IMG/VR virus record: IMGVR_UViG_3300033514_000261 | Location: 1-33,072 of that record | Strand: one strand, 5' to 3' | Source of the DNA: a virus | Taxonomy: Duplodnaviria; Caudoviricetes | DNA length: 33,072 nt | Shown: piece by piece, positions 25,736-33,072 of the stretch | How positions within the stretch are numbered: position 1 is the first letter of the stretch | How the letters are laid out: each line of letters starts with the position of its first letter | Notes under the pieces: generated by a model | Seen by the model: only the letters and a program-made list of their open reading frames with translations | Told to the model about the DNA's origin: nothing | Databases searched by the model: none | Position numbers and translations under genes: made by a program

Positions 25736-25790
25736 TTTGTTTTTTATTATTTTTTAGACTATTATCGTCTTTTTTAATTTTGTGTAAATC

Positions 25791-25830
25791 TATATATTTA
25801 ATCAAAAATGTCATTTTTTTCCATTTTTGT
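25791..25830 (-). promoter_or_regulatory. Putative late promoter of the capsid gene
   Basis: 38/40 identical to 28386-28425; ends ATATATA on the coding strand. Confidence 0.75.
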
Positions 25831-25843
25831 TATATACAAAGGC

Positions 25844-28351
25844 TTACAAATTTTTAAATATGCTTAGGTATCTATCTACTTGATTTTCAGTTAATTTGAT
25901 ATCATCTACATATTTTTTATTTTCTGTAATAAGAGTTTTTTTAGAATCAGTATATTTACCTAATTCTCTACTATTCCAGAATGATTCCATTTTTAATTCT
26001 GACCCTACTAAGTTTGGATAGAACTTAGCTTGTGCTAATACACTTTTTTTAACTGTTGGATTTAGACTATTCCATGTTTCAACTAAGTCATTTGGAATAG
26101 AGTCAATTAGAACTTGTTCTTCTGATTTTTTATTAGAAGTTAATGATTCTCTTATGGCATTGAGAACTTCTTTTTCAGATGTATAGTTGCTTTCGTTTAA
26201 TGCAACTGTTGTTTTTTCCTTGTCTTCTAAACTTAATTTGTTCCAAGTTTCTTTATTTTTCTCAGATAAGAACATTAAGAAATGTGGTTGATTTTCTTCT
26301 GAAGCTTTTCTTTTTTTAGTTTCAGTGATAAGTTTAGCGATAGTATCTTTTATTGATATTTCTGATTCAAATACTTTGTCTCCTTTAATTCTAATTTTGG
26401 ATTCATGTACTTCTATTTCAGAAACTTCTTGTGCTTGTGGTTGTGCTTGTGGTTGTCCAACTGGTGCACCTTGTACTTGTACTTGTGCTTGTCCTGCTTG
26501 AACACCATCAACTTGTGCTTGTGCTTGTACTTCTGGTTGTGCTCCTGGTTGAACTTGAACTGGTTCAGCTAATTTTACAATTGCAAAACCGTCTTGTGGA
26601 TTAAATGAAATAATTTCACCATCTTTTTGTTCACCATTAACATCAATTTGTACCATTGTACCTGGAAGTAATGAAACATCACCATTTGCTTCTAAATCAA
26701 CTGGTTCTTCTGTTGCAACTGGTTCTTCAACTTCTGCATTAGGTGTTTCTACTTGTGCTTCTGGTTGTAATTGATCACCTTGTGCTTGTACTGGTGCTTC
26801 CATATTAACTTCTTCTTCCTCTTCTTCAATATCATTTAATTCTTCAGGAAGTTCAGTATCCATTGGAGGGAATTCTGAATCATTTTCATCTTCGTAGTAT
26901 TTATCTACATTATTAACTTTTAAGTCTGATATTCTTTGATCATCTTGAACATCTTCATTTAATTTTTCACCATTTACTAAATCAATAGTTTTATCAAGAC
27001 TTTCAGCAATGTATTTTGAATATGCTTGGTTATCGGCTAAATTTTCAGCAATGTATTCTGAATAAGCAATATTATTATCAACATGTTCTGCAACATATTC
27101 TGTATAATTAATATTATTATCAAGATGTTCTGATAAATATTCAGCATAAGCTATGTTATTATCAACTTGTTCAGCTACATATTCTGAATATTTAACACTA
27201 TTATCAACATATTCTGATAACATTTCAAAATTTTGTAAATTAGTTTCAGTATTTTCAGCAATGTATTCTGCATAATCAATAGATTTATCAAGGTGTTCAG
27301 CTAAATATTCTGAATATTTGATAGTTTTATCTACATTTTCAGCAACATATTCAGTAAAATCAATAGATTTACTTAAATTTTCAGAAATATATTCAGCATA
27401 ATCAATGTTTTTATCTACTTTACCAGCTAAATAATTAGAATAATTAATAGATTTTTCAAGATTTTCAGATAAATAATCACTGTGTTTAATAAGATTTTCT
27501 GATTGTGTTTTTAATGTTTGATTTTCATTAACTAAAATTTGAACATTGTCAGCTAAATAATCTAAATATTTAGTCATTTTACTGTAATTTTCCATAAGAA
27601 CATCATATTGTTCTTGTAATTTTAAAAATTCACTAGGGTTTTTTCCTTCTTTAATATTTTGCAAAAGTTCTTCCTTAATTTTGGCAGTTTCAGTTGCTAA
27701 ATATTCTGTGTATTCAGTCATTTGTGACTGTGTAACTTGGTCATTTTTATTCATGTCGAATAATTCATTAATTTTTGACTCGTTGGACATATCTACTATC
27801 CTTAAGTTTACTGATTCATTGTATTTTAGTGATTCATTAATCACATTGAGGTTCATTCTTGCTGATGCAAATCCAGGATCTGCCACAGCATCATAAGTGA
27901 ACAATTTTTTAACTGATACAGTACCATCTGATTCTGTAACACCAGCAGCTCTTGAAGATACGAATAAAGGACATCCATCTAATACTAATTCTTTAGCAGT
28001 CTTACCATTAGGTGTATTCAATAATCTTATTGATCCATCTACTCTGTTTTTTGATTCATTATAAGTAGCAGACTGAATTAAGTGAGATACTCTTGTTAAT
28101 GATGTGTCAAAAACATCTGGATGATCAAATTCCCCATAAACCACCCCTAAACTTTGAATCCTACCTTGCATCTCTAATAGATGGGGTAGGAAACGTTCTT
28201 TAGTATAAATTCTTTCATTTCTGTTTTTAACATCAAATTCTGTAAAAATACCAGAAAGGATAAATTTATCGCGTTTAATTTCAGATGCACTCTCATTTAA
28301 CATTAATCCACTAAGATTGCTTTCCATGATAAGTACGGGTTTCATTTCCAT
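25844..28351 (-). CDS. gp21: Prohead protease (gp21-like) fused to a scaffold/core region
   Basis: NRNERIY, GEFDHP, VSH, VSSRAAG and DAVADPGF; then 14-aa YxEY[LIV][AS]E repeats and an acidic/Q-rich linker. Confidence 0.88.
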   Translation of the reverse strand: MEMKPVLIMESNLSGLMLNESASEIKRDKFILSGIFTEFDVKNRNERIYTKERFLPHLLEMQGRIQSLGVVYGEFDHPDVFDTSLTRVSHLIQSATYNESKNRVDGSIRLLNTPNGKTAKELVLDGCPLFVSSRAAGVTESDGTVSVKKLFTYDAVADPGFASARMNLNVINESLKYNESVNLRIVDMSNESKINELFDMNKNDQVTQSQMTEYTEYLATETAKIKEELLQNIKEGKNPSEFLKLQEQYDVLMENYSKMTKYLDYLADNVQILVNENQTLKTQSENLIKHSDYLSENLEKSINYSNYLAGKVDKNIDYAEYISENLSKSIDFTEYVAENVDKTIKYSEYLAEHLDKSIDYAEYIAENTETNLQNFEMLSEYVDNSVKYSEYVAEQVDNNIAYAEYLSEHLDNNINYTEYVAEHVDNNIAYSEYIAENLADNQAYSKYIAESLDKTIDLVNGEKLNEDVQDDQRISDLKVNNVDKYYEDENDSEFPPMDTELPEELNDIEEEEEEVNMEAPVQAQGDQLQPEAQVETPNAEVEEPVATEEPVDLEANGDVSLLPGTMVQIDVNGEQKDGEIISFNPQDGFAIVKLAEPVQVQPGAQPEVQAQAQVDGVQAGQAQVQVQGAPVGQPQAQPQAQEVSEIEVHESKIRIKGDKVFESEISIKDTIAKLITETKKRKASEENQPHFLMFLSEKNKETWNKLSLEDKEKTTVALNESNYTSEKEVLNAIRESLTSNKKSEEQVLIDSIPNDLVETWNSLNPTVKKSVLAQAKFYPNLVGSELKMESFWNSRELGKYTDSKKTLITENKKYVDDIKLTENQVDRYLSIFKNL

Positions 28352-28385
28352 TTTATGTATAGAATTATTTTTATTTAATTTATAT

Positions 28386-28425
28386 TATATATTTAATCAA
28401 AAACATCATTTTTTTCCATTTTTGT
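28386..28425 (-). promoter_or_regulatory. Putative late promoter of the protease gene
   Basis: Near-identical to 25791-25830. Confidence 0.75.
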
Positions 28426-28475
28426 AAATAGAATCAACACTTCATTATCTATTGATAATCAAGTGTTTATATAAT

Positions 28476-28510
28476 AAAAAAGGAGAAATTTTTATTTTTC
28501 TCCTTTTTTT
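28476..28510 (-). terminator. Intrinsic terminator
   Basis: aaaaaaggagaaa/tttctcctttttt hairpin downstream of the peptidase gene. Confidence 0.7.
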
Positions 28511-28513
28511 AAT

Positions 28514-30112
28514 TTAAACTTTTTTTAATAAAAATTGCATTTCTATCCAATTGTCAATAACATATTCTGTAAAAGTATCTGGATTAATTGCAGTATTACT
28601 ACTATCATAAGTAGATTTATATCCTAATTTATTTAATTCATTATCAACATCTAACCATAATTTACCATCAACAGTAGTTGATTTACTTTCAGTCATATCA
28701 TCCATTACTGTTTTAAGTAAATATTTATTTTTTTCTGCTAATTCAGTAAATGCTTTTATTTGTTCTTTAGTATAATTAAAGTCTTCTTCTTTATATGATT
28801 TACCTAAATGTCTATCTAATTCATTATCAAGTTCATTACTATAATCATCACTTTCAATATTCATATGATTTTTAAAATCTTCTAAACTACCAATATTAGT
28901 GTATTTTTTAAGAGTTGAATCATCACTTAAATAGATATCAAAATCAATAATTCTCAATCCAAAGAAATCATTAGTATCATAATTTTGAAAATATATTTCA
29001 TCTGATTCACTAAAAAATTCCGGATTTAAACAATCATAATCAATCCCTAATAATAACTCACAAATAATATCAAATAATTCTTTCATTGATGAATATTCTT
29101 TTTTATTAGATTTATTACTTATGGTTTTAGGTAACATCACACTTTTTGATTGACTTCTACTATAATTATCATCCCAAGAATCCCAAGAATTATCATATTT
29201 ATATCTACCTATACTTTTAGTAACTTTAGTAGGATCTCTTTTTACAGGTAAACTATCCCAATCAATTTTAATTGCAGCTTCTACTAATTTTTCTAAATGT
29301 GCAATATCTTGTGTTTCATTAAAAGTATGTTCTGATTTATATCCCATTGATATATTTGTAACTTCTGGTATAAGTTCCATAAAAACACCAGAATCACACC
29401 ACATACCAGTTGGGTCATCTATATATTCCATACCATTCTTTTTAAATTCTTCTATTAATGCACTTACAAATTCTTGTGAACAACATGCTGTGTACATCTG
29501 TGATGAAATTATTGATGTATGTGCTTTTCTATCAAATGCTACACATTTTTCATACCCTTTAAAAAAATCACCTCTTGATTTTAATGCTTGTCTAGAACCC
29601 CAAGTTCCTGTTGGTGATGTAACACCTTCTTCACCTCTAAAGAAATAATATAGTCCAGGTACATTAGCTTCCATCATTTTAATCATAACTACTATACCTG
29701 CTTTATCATCACCACCTAATGTTGTTGTACCATCTGTTTTAATAATATCCCCATCTATTACATGCCAAACTCTTTCATACACTCTACAATATGTATCTAA
29801 ATGACCACAAAACATTGTCTTACTATCACCAATTTGTTTAAAATAATTACCATTATCATCAACTTCCATATCAGATGGAAAAAATTCTACTAAAGTTTTT
29901 TCATAGTCAAATGGAATTTGCATCTTAGTTAAATTAAGAAATAATTGTTTAACACTACCATCCATTTCATAACTAATTTCTTTCCAATTTTCACCAGGTA
30001 TTTTTATTGGTTCAACTGGTTTTTCAGTAGATTTTTTATCTTTTTTACGTGGATTTAATATGTTTAGTAAATTCCAATTCCCTTTTTCATCTAATTTATC
30101 ATACATAATCAA
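28514..30112 (-). CDS. M20/M28-clan zinc peptidase with C-terminal extension
   Basis: GHLDT, LGGDDKAG, GEE, AFDRK and EHT metal-binding motifs. Confidence 0.82.
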   Translation of the reverse strand: MIMYDKLDEKGNWNLLNILNPRKKDKKSTEKPVEPIKIPGENWKEISYEMDGSVKQLFLNLTKMQIPFDYEKTLVEFFPSDMEVDDNGNYFKQIGDSKTMFCGHLDTYCRVYERVWHVIDGDIIKTDGTTTLGGDDKAGIVVMIKMMEANVPGLYYFFRGEEGVTSPTGTWGSRQALKSRGDFFKGYEKCVAFDRKAHTSIISSQMYTACCSQEFVSALIEEFKKNGMEYIDDPTGMWCDSGVFMELIPEVTNISMGYKSEHTFNETQDIAHLEKLVEAAIKIDWDSLPVKRDPTKVTKSIGRYKYDNSWDSWDDNYSRSQSKSVMLPKTISNKSNKKEYSSMKELFDIICELLLGIDYDCLNPEFFSESDEIYFQNYDTNDFFGLRIIDFDIYLSDDSTLKKYTNIGSLEDFKNHMNIESDDYSNELDNELDRHLGKSYKEEDFNYTKEQIKAFTELAEKNKYLLKTVMDDMTESKSTTVDGKLWLDVDNELNKLGYKSTYDSSNTAINPDTFTEYVIDNWIEMQFLLKKV

Positions 30113-30177
30113 AATTATTATTTTATTTTATTTATATATAAAAAAATAATTGTATCTTTGTAAATTAAAAAACAAAA

Positions 30178-31038
30178 TTGAAAATGAAAAATTATAAAAA
30201 ATTTGTATTAGAAAATTTGAATAAAAATGTACTTTCATATAGTTGTTATGATTGGGATGACAACATACTTGTGATGCCGACTGTTATTCATGTTGAACAT
30301 TTAGAAAATGGTGAATGGATATCAAAAGATATATCAACTGCACAATTTGCAGAAATAAGAAATGAAATCTTTAAACATGCTGATGGTGAAGAATCATCTT
30401 GGAAATTAAAGAATAATAGTTATAGGGATACATATTGTGAATTTAGGGATTATGGTCCAAGAGGTGAAAATGCTTTCATAGAAGATATGATGGTAGCAGT
30501 AAAGACAAATAGTTTTGGTCCAGTTTGGGATAAATTTCTTGAATGTTTAATTGAAGGTCATGTATTTATGATTATTACTGCAAGAGGTCATGAACCACAA
30601 ACAATAAGATTTGCTGTTAATTGGATTATTTTTAATTGTCTTAATCCAAAACAAAAAGAAGAAATGGAAAAGAATCTAAGAGAATTTAATGTCTTATTTG
30701 GTTGGGATGATAAAACTTGGTCATTTAAAGATTTAATAAATCATTATTTAGATATGTGTGATTTTGTTGGAATTTATTCTAGTTATTTTTCTAAAAAATT
30801 TGGTACAGAAGGACAATCTGCAAAACCAGAAAAATATAAATCAATGGCAATTAGATCATTTACTGAAAAAGTAAATGATTTTGGAAAACAAGTAAATAGA
30901 AAAGTTAGAGTTGGTTTTTCTGATGATGATTTATCTACTGCTCAACATGTTCATAAATATTTAAAAGATGAATTATATCTTGATTTTCCATTAGAATATA
31001 CTGTATATCATACCAAAGATGGTATTGTAAAATTATAA
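30178..31038 (+). CDS. HAD-like phosphatase/nucleotidase
   Basis: YDWDDNIL, ITARGH and GFSDDD; likely start ATG 30184. Confidence 0.7.
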   Translation: MKMKNYKKFVLENLNKNVLSYSCYDWDDNILVMPTVIHVEHLENGEWISKDISTAQFAEIRNEIFKHADGEESSWKLKNNSYRDTYCEFRDYGPRGENAFIEDMMVAVKTNSFGPVWDKFLECLIEGHVFMIITARGHEPQTIRFAVNWIIFNCLNPKQKEEMEKNLREFNVLFGWDDKTWSFKDLINHYLDMCDFVGIYSSYFSKKFGTEGQSAKPEKYKSMAIRSFTEKVNDFGKQVNRKVRVGFSDDDLSTAQHVHKYLKDELYLDFPLEYTVYHTKDGIVKL

Positions 31039-31065
31039 AAGAAACTCTTAATTAAGAGTTTCTTT
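31038..31065. terminator. Bidirectional terminator (perfect palindrome)
   Basis: aaagaaactctta-at-taagagtttcttt. Confidence 0.8.
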
Positions 31066-31212
31066 TGTTATTATTCCTAAAATATGTTCTTCAATCCATT
31101 CTCTACTATACATTGGTTGACCATCTTCATCTAACATACTCATTAGCTGTTCTGCCATTTCCATTCTTTTATTATCACAATTACAATTATTACAATTACA
31201 ATTATTTTCCAT
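31048..31212 (-). CDS. 54-aa protein resembling the portal C-terminal segment (not in ORF track)
   Basis: MENNCNCNNCNCDNKRMEMAEQLMSMLDEDGQPMYSREWIEEHILGIITKETLN. Confidence 0.6.
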   Translation of the reverse strand: MENNCNCNNCNCDNKRMEMAEQLMSMLDEDGQPMYSREWIEEHILGIITKETLN

Positions 31213-31235
31213 ATCTATATATTTTATTTTTTATT

Positions 31236-33008
31236 TTATTGTACCGGTGCTTGTGGTTGACCACCTTGTGCTGGTGCTTGAGCTGGTGCTTGAGCCCCAC
31301 CTTGTGCAGGCATTTGTGCTCCACCACCTTGAGCTGGTGCTTCACCTGTCACTTCACCACCATCACCACCACCATCTTTTTCATTAAAGAAATCTGCACC
31401 TGGTCCACTATTTAGTCCACCACCGCCACCACCACCTTCACCACTACCATCACCAGTAGGAGTTCCAGCAAGAGCTGATTTTTCTTTAAGTTTATATTTT
31501 TCATTTTCTGCAATTTCTTCATCAGTAAATTTCATAATTTTTCTTATAATCCATTCTGCTGCTAATACAGTTTCACCTTCTGCATTTACTAAATTAGTAT
31601 TTAAAGTGGATGCAATTTCAGCTCTTTTAGATAAGTTAGCTAAATATTTCCATTCTTCAAATAATTCATTTGCATTAAATTCTACATTAAGTTCTTTAAT
31701 AAAATTATGGTCTTCAATTAATTCAGGGAAATCTCTCATCATTTGAATTTTAAGAGGTTTAACTATAAGTTCTCTATATACAGTTCTTATTCTTCTAATG
31801 AAATTATGAAATTTCATTTCATCTCTTGTTAATTCAGCAGCATCACTATAAATAGTACCACCACCTGATTCTGTTTCAAATCTAGTAAACGGCATACGGG
31901 ATGCTCTTTTTAAATTACCCATAAACCAATTAAGCATCATATCTTCATTTAAATCATTACCATTAGGTGTTTCAATTGTAACTTCTGGTTGTCCACCTTC
32001 TGAAGATGTAGGAAACCAAAAATCTTTACTATGTGGCATCTGTGATGAACCATTAATAGACATAGTACCTAAATTATCATCCCAAGTTATTTCTTCATGA
32101 TATTCAGACATCAATTGAAAGATTTGTTGTTCAGCTTGTTGTCTTGATAAACCACCAACAGGAATAATAAATTTTTTATAAATTGCTGCTTGATTAATGT
32201 TATAAATTAATTTAGTTTGTTCAATTAATTTAACTTGATTATAAGGTCTAATAAGTGGTTCAACATAAGAAGTTTCACCATAATCCATATTATTACCATA
32301 AGATATATAAATAATTTGTGCATCAAGTAATACTCTTCTTAATTTAGGATCATCCGGGAATTGAATCCATACAATAGTTCCTGATTCTGGATCAGTTGCA
32401 GGTACTAATGTTAATGGGTCTAATTTCATTAAGTCAGTTATATTTCTTTGTTTTTTATCATAAACAATTTCATAAGCAATAAAACCATCTATTAATAAAT
32501 CCCTCATCATATACCAAGCTTTAATACCATCATTAAAACCAAAAGTATTATATAATCTATCAAAATTCTCATGTACTTTTTTCCTTATTACATCATCAAA
32601 TTCATCTGGTAAATCTTTGGAAAAACAAAATTTATTATCATCATCAAAAATTATACATTCATCTGCTATTTGATTTACATAATCTCTAATTTCATCTTTA
32701 ATAGAATATTGTCTTAATATTTTTCTTTTATCAAAATATGACCTATCAAGATATGCAATAGATTTCTTATCTAATATTTTAGATATAATTTTCTTTGTAA
32801 ATAAATCATACATTTGTGGTCCTTGAACTTTACCATCAGCAGAAGAACCAACATAACTTTGTGGATCATCATTAGCACCAATTGCAAAGGATTGTTGAAT
32901 AGAAGATATATCATATGCTAAACCATAGTTACTAATTTTTCTTAACATTTTACTGAAGAATCCACTGTTTAATTGATTTGAACTATTTTGTTGTTTGTAA
33001 CCAGCCAT
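31236..33008 (-). CDS. gp20: Portal protein (T4 gp20-like)
   Basis: LIDG, LDP, SYVEPLIRPYNQVKLIE, DFWFP, ELTRDEMKF and MKFTDEEI motifs; G/A/Q/P-rich tail. Confidence 0.88.
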   Translation of the reverse strand: MAGYKQQNSSNQLNSGFFSKMLRKISNYGLAYDISSIQQSFAIGANDDPQSYVGSSADGKVQGPQMYDLFTKKIISKILDKKSIAYLDRSYFDKRKILRQYSIKDEIRDYVNQIADECIIFDDDNKFCFSKDLPDEFDDVIRKKVHENFDRLYNTFGFNDGIKAWYMMRDLLIDGFIAYEIVYDKKQRNITDLMKLDPLTLVPATDPESGTIVWIQFPDDPKLRRVLLDAQIIYISYGNNMDYGETSYVEPLIRPYNQVKLIEQTKLIYNINQAAIYKKFIIPVGGLSRQQAEQQIFQLMSEYHEEITWDDNLGTMSINGSSQMPHSKDFWFPTSSEGGQPEVTIETPNGNDLNEDMMLNWFMGNLKRASRMPFTRFETESGGGTIYSDAAELTRDEMKFHNFIRRIRTVYRELIVKPLKIQMMRDFPELIEDHNFIKELNVEFNANELFEEWKYLANLSKRAEIASTLNTNLVNAEGETVLAAEWIIRKIMKFTDEEIAENEKYKLKEKSALAGTPTGDGSGEGGGGGGGLNSGPGADFFNEKDGGGDGGEVTGEAPAQGGGAQMPAQGGAQAPAQAPAQGGQPQAPVQ

Positions 33009-33072
33009 TTAATATTTTAATTTTTTTATTATATATAAAAGATTATCTATTCAAAATCTATTTTTAATCTTT

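Noticed and set aside
27681-31415. Plus-strand ORFs 27681..27896 and 31065..31415
   Set aside because: Antisense shadows of the protease and portal genes.

Overview
Very AT-rich segment of a large T4-like (jumbo) phage genome, read in the standard code. The host is probably Bacteroidota, since TTTG-N19/20-TATCTTTG promoters recur. 1-6.7 kb holds accessory genes: a KamA-type radical SAM aminomutase, an ATP-grasp protein, a protein with exact 66-nt-period repeats, and many small proteins sharing a C-terminal RxxK[LI]xx[LI] tag. 6.8-17.6 kb is a tRNA cluster with atypical tRNAs, a group I intron in tRNA-Leu(UAA), three endonuclease genes, a leader-peptide attenuator and several unexplained structured RNAs. 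17.6-22.06 kb is a protein-free RNA locus. It has stacked promoters with boxA-like motifs, an array of about 24 TGAAA-N8-AGTA units, four tRNA-like elements without normal anticodons, and two tandem GOLLD-like giant RNAs, the second with an embedded tRNA-Arg. 22-33 kb is the head module (major capsid, protease-scaffold fusion, portal), with a DEDDh exonuclease, GT2-TPR glycosyltransferase, metallopeptidase and HAD protein. All calls come from reading motifs by eye; no searches or folding programs were run.
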